A stretch of 64,000 bases of DNA from a virus. The translations under genes and the position numbers were made by a program. The notes below the pieces were generated by a model. That model was not told the origin of the DNA. It did not search any database and worked only from the letters and a program-made list of their open reading frames with translations. Location: IMG/VR virus record IMGVR_UViG_3300027972_000007, positions 64,001-128,000 of that record; one strand, 5' to 3'. Below, piece by piece: positions 18,410 to 28,592 of the stretch; the first letter of the stretch is position 1, and each line of letters begins with the position of its first letter.

Positions 18410-19237
18410 TTAATACGTTCCATTTTTATGATCCTCCGCGAGAGAAAACCCCGACCCTCGTGGTCGGGGTAGTTGACTCATTATCATTTCATATTCTTCT
18501 TTACTTGGTATTTTATGATGCCATTCAGGATTATTTTCCATCATTTTACATCTATGTCCCTTAATTGTATTTGCTATAATTGCAACAGGCAAAGTATCTT
18601 TTTTAGTAAAATTTTCAAAACAATTTATAGCATCTTTTATTTCTTTATGATTATGGCCATTTATTTCAAAACTAAACCACCCAAATGAATTAAATTTATC
18701 GACTAAATTATCAATTTCTATTGCTCTATCATTAGAGTGATTATAATCTACAATACAATACAAATTATTTAATTTATGTTGTGCAGCTATTAAAGCACTT
18801 TCCCAGATAGTTCCTTCATTACATTCGCCGTCACCAATTATCACATATACTTTAGCATTAGATTTTTTAATTTTCAAAGCTAAAGCAATTCCAACTGCCA
18901 TAGGAAATCCATGCCCTAATGAGCCAGTAGAACATTCAATTCCGGGTACTTTATTTTTATCGGCATGACCGCCAAATATACTATCATATTTCCCAAAATT
19001 TTCTAATTCGCTTATTTTAAAAAAATGATTTTTGGCTAATATAGCATAATGAGCTAATGCAGCATGTCCTTTACTCAAAATAATTCTATCTCTATTATCA
19101 TTATTAATATTTAATGGATTTATATTGCAATTTGAATAAAGAACATCTAATATATCAAGTACTGATAATGAAGATGGAATGTGCCCTTCTTTAGCATTAT
19201 ATGCCGTTTCAATAATTATTTTTATTAATTCTTTCAT
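18410..19237 (-). CDS. transketolase N-terminal (TPP-binding) subunit
   Basis: GHIPSSLS, DRIILSKGH, TGSLGHG, GDGECNEG. Confidence 0.92.
   Translation of the reverse strand: MKELIKIIIETAYNAKEGHIPSSLSVLDILDVLYSNCNINPLNINNDNRDRIILSKGHAALAHYAILAKNHFFKISELENFGKYDSIFGGHADKNKVPGIECSTGSLGHGFPMAVGIALALKIKKSNAKVYVIIGDGECNEGTIWESALIAAQHKLNNLYCIVDYNHSNDRAIEIDNLVDKFNSFGWFSFEINGHNHKEIKDAINCFENFTKKDTLPVAIIANTIKGHRCKMMENNPEWHHKIPSKEEYEMIMSQLPRPRGSGFSLAEDHKNGTY
18431..18477 (-). mobile_element. IS200/IS605-family (IscB-type) end footprint or MITE
   Basis: GTCAACTACCCCGACC-ACGAG-GGTCGGGGTTTTCTCTCGCGG; GC-rich 9-bp hairpin. Confidence 0.6.
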
Positions 19238-19429
19238 AATTTTAAGAAAATGATGTACCGCAAAGTAAAACTAAAGCGCCTGTCCAACCACAAATAGAAC
19301 AAAACCAACCCAATTTTTCTTCTGCAATACATATTTTATATATTGAAGAAAGTAACACGAAAATATTTAATATCAATAAAAATATAGACATATAAATGAA
19401 CTCCTAAATTAATATTTTATTTTTTAATT

Positions 19430-19459
19430 GAGTAGAATACCAAAAATGATATTCTACCC
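19430..19459 (-). terminator. hairpin, putative terminator
   Basis: GGGTAGAATATC/GGTATTCTACTC stem on - strand; weak U tail. Confidence 0.5.
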
Positions 19460-19491
19460 TTTAGAACAGTCATAAACAGGAGAGAAAATGA

Positions 19492-19878
19492 CTATTCTTT
19501 TTCGACTTTTTCTGCTTTATTTGGCTTTAATTCATCTAACCATTCATTGGCTATACCAATTATTTTGTTTGGTATTTTTTGAATCTCTTCGTTATTAACA
19601 ATTTTTGGTACAATAATAATTGCAGACATTTCTTTTGTTGATGGCATAAGAATGCCAATTAATAGAATAATACTTCCTAATATTCCAATAAGAACTGGTT
19701 TCGTTTTTTTAGCATGCGTGTTATAATATTCACTATAATCAATCATATTTTCGCTGGCAGAAATTCCACAAAATAACATCACACCTGCGGCATATAATAA
19801 CATTAAAGTTCCTAAAACACCAAATAAATGTGAAAGAGCATCCAATTTCAACAAACAATAAATCTGAAATGCATTCAT
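19492..19878 (-). CDS. membrane protein
   Basis: 2 TM plus PSTKEM motif; AAGGAG RBS at 19878. Confidence 0.8.
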   Translation of the reverse strand: MNAFQIYCLLKLDALSHLFGVLGTLMLLYAAGVMLFCGISASENMIDYSEYYNTHAKKTKPVLIGILGSIILLIGILMPSTKEMSAIIIVPKIVNNEEIQKIPNKIIGIANEWLDELKPNKAEKVEKE

Positions 19879-19891
19879 ACAAACTCCTTTG

Positions 19892-20278
19892 TTACATACA
19901 AAATTCAATACCTAATTTATTTTTTGAACAAATTTTAAAAAAATCTTTTAAAAGATAATAGTATTTATCTTCTATTTTATTCTTTAAAATTTGTTTATAA
20001 CAATACTCGACTTCGAGACTATTTAATTTCCTGCCCGGATAACTATCAATTTTCACAATATTATTTAAAATATTGATACAATTTTCAATATTAATAATAG
20101 CAATATTAATTAAACAATCTATATTATATTTTTCTAACATTTTTTTATAAGAATTTTGAAATTGTTTTCTTAACATGCTATCAACCAACATTCTTTTATA
20201 TCTTTTTGTCCAGAAGTTAGTTTTGAGCAATTGAGAATTTTTCGTTGCTTTTATTAACCACATTTTGCCATCCAGCAA
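19892..20278 (-). CDS. hypothetical protein
   Basis: ORF track; start uncertain. Confidence 0.55.
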   Translation of the reverse strand: MLDGKMWLIKATKNSQLLKTNFWTKRYKRMLVDSMLRKQFQNSYKKMLEKYNIDCLINIAIINIENCINILNNIVKIDSYPGRKLNSLEVEYCYKQILKNKIEDKYYYLLKDFFKICSKNKLGIEFCM

Positions 20279-20459
20279 AAGAAATTGTTAAACATTTTTT
20301 ATCATGATTAGCATGAATATTTACTGCTATTTTTTTAGCTGCAGCAGAATTTCTAATGCTGCATCTTTTTTTATGTATAATTTTTTGGTTTGATAAATCA
20401 AATGGGCAGTCAAATGGCCTGCCATTGACTATATCTTCCCACGGGTATTTGCGTTGCAT
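20217..20459 (-). CDS. small putative DNA-binding protein
   Basis: RKYPW motif; AAGGAG RBS. Confidence 0.65.
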   Translation of the reverse strand: MQRKYPWEDIVNGRPFDCPFDLSNQKIIHKKRCSIRNSAAAKKIAVNIHANHDKKCLTISFAGWQNVVNKSNEKFSIAQN

Positions 20460-20502
20460 ATAACTCCTTTATTTTAAAAAATTTCTTCAATATTTAATTC
20501 AT

Positions 20503-22422
20503 TTACATATTAATCATCTTAAAAAAATCACTTTCACTTAATATTTCCACTCCCAATTTTTTAGCTTTTTGGGTTTTAGAACTTACTGAATTAGGATCTG
20601 CCACAACCAAATAACTTAATCCTTTTTTAACTGATACTTCAACCACGCCGCCGTTTTCTAAAACAATATCCCACATATTTTCACGGGTTAATCTTTTTCC
20701 GTCTTCGCATCGCTGTATTGCACCAGTAAAACAAAAGGATTTTCCTTCTAAATTATTATTCATAGCCTTTTTTCTTTCTATTTGTTTAATGGTAATAACT
20801 TTCAATAATTTTTCAATAATAATTTTTTTATCATTCAATCCATTTATAATCTGATCTGCAGTTTTTTCGCCAATTCCTGATATTTTTACTAATTCTTCTT
20901 TTGATAAATTTTGTATTTTATCAATAGTATCATAACCAGATTTAATAATAGATTCGGCAGTTTTGCCCGAAAAATTTGGCATATTCAAACCAGAAATAAA
21001 TTGCGGAATTGTGATTTCTTTTTTCGAATTAATATTTTCGAGAAGTTTATTGGTTGATCTTTCACCCATTCTTTCAAGTTTTAGAATATCTTCTTTTTTC
21101 AAAGTATATAAATCTGCAGGATCTTTAATTAAAGAATGTTTATATAATTGTTCTATAATTTTATCGCCAACATCCATAATTTCAATACTGTTAATCCATT
21201 TATTAATATTGCCCAGCATCAATCCGTCACATTTCGGGTTTTTGCAAACTAAATATTCTCCTTCAATGGTTGTTTTATCATTACATATTGGACAATATAT
21301 AGGAAATTCAATTTTTTTACTTTTTTCGTCTGAAAATATTACTTTTTCGAAGTATGGAATTACATCATTGGCTCGTTTTATTTGGACTTTATCATTATAT
21401 CTCAAATTATGAACTAGAAATGTGTTCACATTATGTAATGTTACATGAGTAATATTTACTCCGCCGCAAGGAACTTTTTCTACAATTGCAACAGGTGTTA
21501 TTCTTCCAGAATTTCCTAAACTCCATTCAACATCTAACAACGTAGTTTCGGCGCTCATAGCTTCAAATTTCCATGCAATTGCTGCTTTTAAATTAGCTCC
21601 AAGAAACCCATGTTTTTCTTGTAACTTAATATTATTACATTTTATGACTAAACCGTCGATGTCATATTTTGTCTTTGCTCTCAAATAATTTTCAAAATTA
21701 TGAAAGATTTCTATAACATGTTCTTTTTTAGCTAATTCATGAAAACAGATTTTAATTTCATTTTTATCAAAAAACAAAAACTTTTCACTTTCCGAATCGA
21801 CATCAATGCCAATAATATCGTAATGAAGCACTGACAAGTATTCCGACCAGTTTCTGTCAAATCTTTTTGCAATACCATTTGCTGCATTGCGAGGATTGGA
21901 AAATTCTTTTTCTTCATTTTCTCTTTTGATTCTATTTATTTCTTCAAAATCCTCTCTTAAAAGAAATATTTCTGCCCTTAATGAACCTGTAAAATTTGGA
22001 ATATTCTTTTTCACATTTTTCATTTTCAGAACATTAGATAAAATCATTTCACCTTCTATACCATCTCCTCTTGTTGTTGCTGCTACCAGATTCCCATTTT
22101 TATAATCTAAAGAAAGCGAAGCCCCATCTAATTTATCCATAACCATATAATATTCGTCATTAATTTCATTTGCCCACTTAGTAAATTCTTCAACAGAATT
22201 TACTTTATTGAGCGAATACATAGGAATAGTGTGTTTATATTTTTTCCATTCTGTCATTTCAACATTTGCGCCAATTTGTTTAAGATAAGGATCCTCCGGG
22301 TTTATTTTTCTTAAAATATCTTTATGTATATCATATTCTTTATCACTCATTGTAGAATTTGATAAATTATAATATGCATTATCAGCTGCTATAAGAGTAT
22401 TCCTGATTTCATTTACGTTCAT
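20503..22422 (-). CDS. ligA: NAD+-dependent DNA ligase
   Basis: KLDG adenylation motif, TRGDG, NPRNAA, DGLVIK, Zn finger, HhH, BRCT. Confidence 0.97.
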   Translation of the reverse strand: MNVNEIRNTLIAADNAYYNLSNSTMSDKEYDIHKDILRKINPEDPYLKQIGANVEMTEWKKYKHTIPMYSLNKVNSVEEFTKWANEINDEYYMVMDKLDGASLSLDYKNGNLVAATTRGDGIEGEMILSNVLKMKNVKKNIPNFTGSLRAEIFLLREDFEEINRIKRENEEKEFSNPRNAANGIAKRFDRNWSEYLSVLHYDIIGIDVDSESEKFLFFDKNEIKICFHELAKKEHVIEIFHNFENYLRAKTKYDIDGLVIKCNNIKLQEKHGFLGANLKAAIAWKFEAMSAETTLLDVEWSLGNSGRITPVAIVEKVPCGGVNITHVTLHNVNTFLVHNLRYNDKVQIKRANDVIPYFEKVIFSDEKSKKIEFPIYCPICNDKTTIEGEYLVCKNPKCDGLMLGNINKWINSIEIMDVGDKIIEQLYKHSLIKDPADLYTLKKEDILKLERMGERSTNKLLENINSKKEITIPQFISGLNMPNFSGKTAESIIKSGYDTIDKIQNLSKEELVKISGIGEKTADQIINGLNDKKIIIEKLLKVITIKQIERKKAMNNNLEGKSFCFTGAIQRCEDGKRLTRENMWDIVLENGGVVEVSVKKGLSYLVVADPNSVSSKTQKAKKLGVEILSESDFFKMINM

Positions 22423-22457
22423 TATTTTTTCTCCTATTATGTTTATTTTCTTTCTTA

Positions 22458-22490
22458 TTATAATATATATTAAATTTCAATAAAAGTCAA
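22458..22490 (-). promoter_or_regulatory. phage early promoter family copy
   Basis: TTGACT plus partial palindrome, upstream of ligA. Confidence 0.8.
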
Positions 22491-22496
22491 GAACTA

Positions 22497-22895
22497 TTAT
22501 ATATTAAGTAAATTTAAATTCATTTCACATATCATATTTGTTCTTTTATCAGAACGAAATATCATTTTTTCTATTTTTAATTTTGTTTTATCTTCAGCTT
22601 CAACGATATAATAAGATATATCCTTCGCTATATCATAAGGAAGCAATTGCTCTAATTGGTTTTTTGAAAATAATTTATAAGTAACTCTATTTTCAAATTT
22701 TTTATCAGTTAAACGAAAAAGCAAATTATCAATTCTTTTTCTTACTATTTTTAGTGCTTCTTTTTTCGAAAAAATATCAGCTTTTAAAAATGGTTTAGCA
22801 TACGCCATCAATAAATTATTATCGTGCTTTTGAAACATAACAGTATATTTAGGTACTGAATTGCCATCTCTTCCATGAAAAATAATTTCTTTCAT
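22497..22895 (-). CDS. hypothetical protein
   Basis: AAGGAG RBS. Confidence 0.75.
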   Translation of the reverse strand: MKEIIFHGRDGNSVPKYTVMFQKHDNNLLMAYAKPFLKADIFSKKEALKIVRKRIDNLLFRLTDKKFENRVTYKLFSKNQLEQLLPYDIAKDISYYIVEAEDKTKLKIEKMIFRSDKRTNMICEMNLNLLNI

Positions 22896-22907
22896 ATCGT
22901 CTCCTTT

Positions 22908-23504
22908 TTATTTGTACAAATTATGTTTATTAATATAATTAGCTACATTCTTTGATACTAATTCTTCGAACTCAATATTATGTTTAATATTTTCTCTTAT
23001 TTTTGTACTAGAAATATTGAAAATTATTTTTTTATATACTTCAAAATTAGAAGATAATTCTCTATTAATATGATACTGATCCCTTCGTATAACTAAAAAA
23101 TCAAATTCCTTCATCAATCGAACACCTTCGTACCATTTCGATTCTATTTCACACTTCCCGTTTTTCTGAAATATTAAATCAGATCCAATTATAAATTTCA
23201 ATTTAGTCTGATGAAATTCTTCTTTTAATTGTCTTAACATTAGAATCGAAAAAGTATTTGTTGAATAAACATTATTGTAACGAATAATAAATTCAGTTTT
23301 ATAATTAAAATCTCTAAATTTTCCGAATGCTAATTCAGACATATTTACTCTATGATCAGGACAAACATATTTTTTATCATTTCTTTCTCCTGATAAAATT
23401 AAAATAATTTTTTCGAATACTTCGTCGTCCATTAAATTTGATATTAATGCTTCGTGACCTATATGTGGAGGATTTGCAGAAATTCCTAATATTCCTATCA
23501 TCAT
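22908..23504 (-). CDS. nadD: nicotinate/nicotinamide-nucleotide adenylyltransferase
   Basis: SANPPHIGH (HIGH), IIGSD, ISSTKIR. Confidence 0.9.
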   Translation of the reverse strand: MMIGILGISANPPHIGHEALISNLMDDEVFEKIILILSGERNDKKYVCPDHRVNMSELAFGKFRDFNYKTEFIIRYNNVYSTNTFSILMLRQLKEEFHQTKLKFIIGSDLIFQKNGKCEIESKWYEGVRLMKEFDFLVIRRDQYHINRELSSNFEVYKKIIFNISSTKIRENIKHNIEFEELVSKNVANYINKHNLYK

Positions 23505-24331
23505 TCACCATCCCATGAAAAAATATTTTCTCTCGAAAAATTATATGGATTTTTTCTTTTAAATTCTGAATTAAAATGTCGTTCAACTACCGCATCTGGA
23601 AGAAAAAAACTATCTGTTTCAATATAATTTTGCAAAATTTTATCAACTTCTTCATATGCATTTCTACAATTTTGAAACTTTTTATTCCAGTTTGGCATTA
23701 TTTGGTCTAAATCAGAATTTGTTATACCTAATCCGTCAGTGGGAATTGCATCAATGCAATCTTTTAATCCTTCTGAATGATTAATAGAATATAAATATTC
23801 TGATAAAGTATAAACTTCAGTTTTCCAAAGTGATTGAATCATACCCAAATCACCCACATCGCCATGCAAAGTCCAAAATCCAAGCAAATATTCTGTATAA
23901 TTATCGGTAGAAAGAACAAGACCTTTTTTATCGCCTGCAATCCAATATAAATATTTCATTCTTATTCTAGCCTTTAAATTTCCTTGGGCTATTTTTGACA
24001 TTATAACATATTCTGAAACTTCAAAAACTCTCTTTTCTTCTAAATATAAATTTGTTAAATCTGCTTCTGCAAAACTTGTGCATAATTCATAACCTACCAA
24101 TCTTGCTCTTTTAATTTCATCATCTTTATTAGTTTCAATTGGTATACTTCTCCCTATTAAAGGAATATTCAATTTATCGCAAACTGGTTTTGCTATTGCA
24201 CAACATAATGCACTATCAATTCCGCCACTAACTCCAATAACCAAACATTTAATATGATGCTGTTCAATATAATTTATTAATTCTTTTCTAATATTGAATG
24301 TTAATTTTTGCATATCAATAAAAACATTCAT
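23501..24331 (-). CDS. nadE: NH3-dependent NAD+ synthetase
   Basis: GVSGGIDS, GNLKARIRM, TLHGD; no glutaminase domain. Confidence 0.93.
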   Translation of the reverse strand: MNVFIDMQKLTFNIRKELINYIEQHHIKCLVIGVSGGIDSALCCAIAKPVCDKLNIPLIGRSIPIETNKDDEIKRARLVGYELCTSFAEADLTNLYLEEKRVFEVSEYVIMSKIAQGNLKARIRMKYLYWIAGDKKGLVLSTDNYTEYLLGFWTLHGDVGDLGMIQSLWKTEVYTLSEYLYSINHSEGLKDCIDAIPTDGLGITNSDLDQIMPNWNKKFQNCRNAYEEVDKILQNYIETDSFFLPDAVVERHFNSEFKRKNPYNFSRENIFSWDGE

Positions 24332-24339
24332 AATTTAAC

Positions 24340-26019
24340 TCATTTCATTGTTACATAATATAATTTTTTATCATCAACAAACAGTACTTGCATTTGTTCG
24401 TTATATAATCTTACTGATGCATCAAAAGGACAATTTGTTATTTCTTTTCTTTTTATATTGTCAATAAATATTATCAATTTTTCATCGTCAATAGAAATAC
24501 AATAATTATTTGGTAAAACAATAAAATTCGATAAATGAAAATTTAAAATATCTTCTACCCTTATTGTATACTTTGAATGATCTGCATTAAAACAAATAAA
24601 AAATCTTAAATATTTATTTAGTTTTTCCGCAATTACAATACAAATTCTTTTATCATATTTAGCGTCTACAATTCTGTATCCATCCAATTCTTTAACATGA
24701 ATATTTACACATTTATCTTTTTCAAATGGAATTGCTAAATGACAAACCATAAAATCATCCTGAACGACTACTCCTTTAAACATTTTATATGATGAACCAA
24801 TATTGCAAATATTCTTTGTCATATGAACGATTTTACCAATACGTTCAAAAGTATTTTCTATGAGATGATTATTATTTATTGTATAAAGAATATTATTATA
24901 CCCCATCATATCTTCTGCTTGTATTGAACTAATATTACTACCATTTAAATCATAAAATGTTGCTAAATTATCTATTAATTGAACTACAAGAGGTTTGTCA
25001 TTAAAAACTTCGCACATTCCAGTCAAAAATGATTTTGCAGATTTTTTTATTGCAAAAACATTTTTATTATTATCATAAATTCCTTCTGATGTTAAAATAT
25101 AACGTTTATTATTTAAATAAAAAATACTTCTTATCTGTTTTTCCATTTCAACAATTTCTTTTATGATAAAATCATCAGAACTTCCAATCTTTCTAGTTAT
25201 AATTCCAGAAACAGTATCGTCTGCGAATGGAGGTATTGATCTTTCATTTTTTTGAAATACTAATTTATACCAATCTAATTGTGCTTTAGGAATAACTGAA
25301 AAATCCTGGCATATTTTAGGAAGAATTACATCTTTATCAAAAACTGAAATTCCTAAATCCATCCTTTTACTCCATTCGTCGGGCTTAAATTTTGGGTGTT
25401 TACCTTTATAAGGATGGATTCCAGTATACATCTGAAACGTAACAACAGCCCATGCAAACCAATCAGATAATTCTGTAAATTTATCTGTCGTTCTGTCTCG
25501 TATTGATTCCATAATTGCATTAACTTTAAAATTTTTTGTCTGCCACGAATCAACATCAATATGAAAAACTGTTGTTATCATCTTATCAAGAAGAAAATTC
25601 ATTTCATTATAATCAACTACTAAAATTTTATTATCATGAATATACTGTAACGTTTTTTGCATTTCTGTTATTAATGAAACAATATTTGTCTGATTTATTC
25701 CTTTACTGTCTTTGAAATTTTTTGTAAAAATTTGACAAAGAAATTCAATATCTTTGACAAATTTCATAGTAAATCCTATAGGTTTATTTGTCGTATAATC
25801 ATATAATGTAGATATTGGACCTAAAATATTATCGCGTTTCAATTCACTTAATTCTTGAATTTTAGCTTCTGGTATCATTTTTTGTGGGTCGTGGTATATT
25901 TTATACGCTAAATCTCCCTTACAAAAAACAACTCCCTGCCCACCTGCTGCTTTATATTCTTTTTCAGTAAGAGTTATGATATTTTTTTTATCGGTGACTT
26001 TGTATGTTGTTTTATTCAT
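24340..26019 (-). CDS. Ser/Thr protein kinase, TerY-P (YegI-like) type, with C-terminal beta-rich domain
   Basis: GGQG loop, AYKIY, VDYNEMN, IDVDS, SDWFA...HPYKG. Confidence 0.88.
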   Translation of the reverse strand: MNKTTYKVTDKKNIITLTEKEYKAAGGQGVVFCKGDLAYKIYHDPQKMIPEAKIQELSELKRDNILGPISTLYDYTTNKPIGFTMKFVKDIEFLCQIFTKNFKDSKGINQTNIVSLITEMQKTLQYIHDNKILVVDYNEMNFLLDKMITTVFHIDVDSWQTKNFKVNAIMESIRDRTTDKFTELSDWFAWAVVTFQMYTGIHPYKGKHPKFKPDEWSKRMDLGISVFDKDVILPKICQDFSVIPKAQLDWYKLVFQKNERSIPPFADDTVSGIITRKIGSSDDFIIKEIVEMEKQIRSIFYLNNKRYILTSEGIYDNNKNVFAIKKSAKSFLTGMCEVFNDKPLVVQLIDNLATFYDLNGSNISSIQAEDMMGYNNILYTINNNHLIENTFERIGKIVHMTKNICNIGSSYKMFKGVVVQDDFMVCHLAIPFEKDKCVNIHVKELDGYRIVDAKYDKRICIVIAEKLNKYLRFFICFNADHSKYTIRVEDILNFHLSNFIVLPNNYCISIDDEKLIIFIDNIKRKEITNCPFDASVRLYNEQMQVLFVDDKKLYYVTMK

Positions 26020-26861
26020 GATTTAGTAAATACTTGTTTGTTAAAAATTGTAGAAATTGAAACATCGTCATAATGTGTCCACAAATTCTCTATTGATTTT
26101 TTAAAAAATGACATTCGTTTTTTAATAAACTCGCCCGTTGTTGATTTAAAATTTATAATTTGAGGAACAATTTTAGAAATTTCTATTGAATTTTTATTTA
26201 AATCTCTATATGAACAAACACCATCAGAACAAATTGTTAAAGAAACAAAATCTTCCGCGTATTTTGAATGAAAAATATATGGCGTGAAAAATTCAAATTC
26301 TTCATATTCTTTTTCTATTTTTGAATCAAAACCCGAAATATGCGTTATTTCATAATTAACTTTTGGAACGATTGATCGATTAATTAGTGCGTCTGAATAA
26401 TCATCTTTATTTGTTGACAAATAAAATGGCATATTATTTGGATAATCTATTTTTGTTATTTTAATATTATTATTTTTATCTTTTAAAATTACCAGCCCGT
26501 CTCCCCAAGCAAAAACATAAATATCATTTTCTATTTGTAGTGAAATAAGCAATGTAGCTTGTAATGATAATGAAGAAACTGAATATAATTTATGTAAAAC
26601 GTCTGCTCTTTTTAAAATACTATTACCCAATAATCTAGATAATGTTTGTTCTGAACACTCTTTAAACAAACCGGCTTTATAATAAAGTATTAAACAGCAT
26701 TTTGCTGCATGGCATAAAATTTGAGCCCCAATTTCAGAATATTCTGCTGACGAACACCCATCAGAAATAATTCCGTATGTCATTTTATCTACAGTTCCAT
26801 GCAATACATAATCTTGGCAAACTAAATGTGAATTGCCAATTTCAGAATATGAATCAATCAT
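26016..26861 (-). CDS. PP2C-like protein phosphatase (YegK-like)
   Basis: HLVCQD, SDGCSS, GDG, CSDG, DDVS. Confidence 0.88.
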   Translation of the reverse strand: MIDSYSEIGNSHLVCQDYVLHGTVDKMTYGIISDGCSSAEYSEIGAQILCHAAKCCLILYYKAGLFKECSEQTLSRLLGNSILKRADVLHKLYSVSSLSLQATLLISLQIENDIYVFAWGDGLVILKDKNNNIKITKIDYPNNMPFYLSTNKDDYSDALINRSIVPKVNYEITHISGFDSKIEKEYEEFEFFTPYIFHSKYAEDFVSLTICSDGVCSYRDLNKNSIEISKIVPQIINFKSTTGEFIKKRMSFFKKSIENLWTHYDDVSISTIFNKQVFTKS

Positions 26862-26917
26862 ATTTTCTCCTAAATATAGGTCTTTATATTCCTATAAAAA
26901 CCCATATAAATTTCGTA

Positions 26918-27694
26918 CTAAAATTTAAAATCTATTGGCTGGGATGCTCCGCCAGTTCCGAGTGCTTGAGACGTCGAAGAAACACTTTGTGAAATAAATT
27001 GTGCTAATTTAGCCAATTTCTTTTCGGAAACTTCGCCGACTGAAATATATTCATCTATTCCAGCATCATTTTTAAAAGTTTCTAAACACTTTTTAAAATG
27101 AGGATCGGTATCATTAACACCAATTAAAATGACCTTAATTGACTCCATCACCTCTTCTTTTTTTATTGCATTAATTGCTTCTTTCACGTCTGAAGTAAAA
27201 GATTTTGACGCATTGTCGTCGCCGTCAGTAATAACAAAAATAATGGCATTGGCATTAAAAACATTTTCTCCGTCATACAATTTTTTTGCATAATCTCTTG
27301 TCGTGTCAATTGCTTCGAGAGTTGCATCATACAGCGGAGTACTCCCACTTGGCTGAATAGTATTTTTAAAATTTACTGTATCTATTGTACTCAACAATGT
27401 AAATCCATGTATTTCTTCAATATCGCTATTGCGTCTGCCTGAATTTGCACTAAATGCGGTTGTTCTTGCAAGAAGATTTAAAGATCTCGGAGATCTTTTG
27501 CAAGATTCCATACAAGCTATTAACATCTGTTCCAACAAATCTTTAAACGGTTCAACCGAACCGGTTTTATCAACGACATTAGTGACAAAAGTGTATTCTG
27601 TTGCGCCGAGTTTATCAACAGAAATAGTAGTATAACCAAAACCTTGAAGGGTCTGGCTAACTTCGGTTGCATCAACTCCCATTAATTTTGGCAT
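26918..27694 (-). CDS. vWA domain protein (TerY-like)
   Basis: DKTGS MIDAS, TPLYDA, ITDGDDNAS. Confidence 0.88.
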   Translation of the reverse strand: MPKLMGVDATEVSQTLQGFGYTTISVDKLGATEYTFVTNVVDKTGSVEPFKDLLEQMLIACMESCKRSPRSLNLLARTTAFSANSGRRNSDIEEIHGFTLLSTIDTVNFKNTIQPSGSTPLYDATLEAIDTTRDYAKKLYDGENVFNANAIIFVITDGDDNASKSFTSDVKEAINAIKKEEVMESIKVILIGVNDTDPHFKKCLETFKNDAGIDEYISVGEVSEKKLAKLAQFISQSVSSTSQALGTGGASQPIDFKF

Positions 27695-27744
27695 AAAATT
27701 TCCTCCAATTAATTTTTAAATGTTATTAAAATTTACTTTTCAAT

Positions 27745-28569
27745 TTAAAAGAATGATGTCGTCGTGGAAATCTGCATTCCTTTTTGTTTGTACTCATCGA
27801 TGAAACTTTCTCCCATAAACTCACAACCAGGAACATTCGACGTCGCATCTTTAAGCAACACAAATTTCTTAATCTGGTCTGCAGAAAATTCAGAAAAAAC
27901 ATCGCGCATTGTATTTGCAAAACAGTGAGATAATGCTTCGCCTGCACCGAGAATAACATCATATTTTTTCAATATATTAATAAAAGGGGTATTTAATCTT
28001 GTCAATGGGTCATTAGGATCTTCGACATCGGCTTTCACTGCGCTATAATGTTCTGTAAAAGGATTTGATCCTTTTGTTGTTCTTGGCGCAACAGCATGAA
28101 ATCTATCTTCCCATTGATCTACTGCTTGTAGAAAAACAGATTCCAAACATTGTCCTGGTGAGCCAATTATACAATGTTCAGGCCAAATCATCAGTTTATA
28201 ACGCTTATTGTCGTCCAGAGCTTTCAAATATTTGAGATATCTTGCTTGAAAATCTGGATTATATGCTCTCCAATCACCTTTTTCAGCCATTTCATAAGTT
28301 AAGAAAGTAGGAACTGTGCTGCCTGAATTTAAAAAGATTGGCAGTGGATGCTTACCAGAATTATTTACCCAACATCTTGCATGTGCAATGTGAACCTTAT
28401 AATGACTATCCATCGTAATTTGAATTTCTTCAATATCGTCTCCATATTTTTTAATCATGGTTGCCAATCTCTTCATGTCTTCATCTGCACCAGGCACAAA
28501 CAAATTACCTTTTGGATTGCAGAAATCAAATTGTGGGTCGATTACCAACAAACAAACCTTTTTATTCAT
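27745..28569 (-). CDS. pncA: nicotinamidase / isochorismatase-family cysteine hydrolase
   Basis: IDPQFDF, DSH, WPEHC, TKG, ALSHC (D-K-C triad). Confidence 0.88.
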   Translation of the reverse strand: MNKKVCLLVIDPQFDFCNPKGNLFVPGADEDMKRLATMIKKYGDDIEEIQITMDSHYKVHIAHARCWVNNSGKHPLPIFLNSGSTVPTFLTYEMAEKGDWRAYNPDFQARYLKYLKALDDNKRYKLMIWPEHCIIGSPGQCLESVFLQAVDQWEDRFHAVAPRTTKGSNPFTEHYSAVKADVEDPNDPLTRLNTPFINILKKYDVILGAGEALSHCFANTMRDVFSEFSADQIKKFVLLKDATSNVPGCEFMGESFIDEYKQKGMQISTTTSFF

Positions 28570-28592
28570 ATCAACTCCTTTAAAAGTTTTTA

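Noticed and set aside
19488-19598. + strand 36-aa hydrophobic ORF after AAACAGGAG
   Set aside because: It is fully antisense to a real gene, its hydrophobicity is expected from the antisense of Lys/Glu codons, and sister tracts at 3190 and 4148 have no ATG. Not fully excluded.
20503-22422. Intein or intron in ligA or the clamp loader
   Set aside because: Lengths are ordinary, with no splicing or homing-endonuclease motifs.
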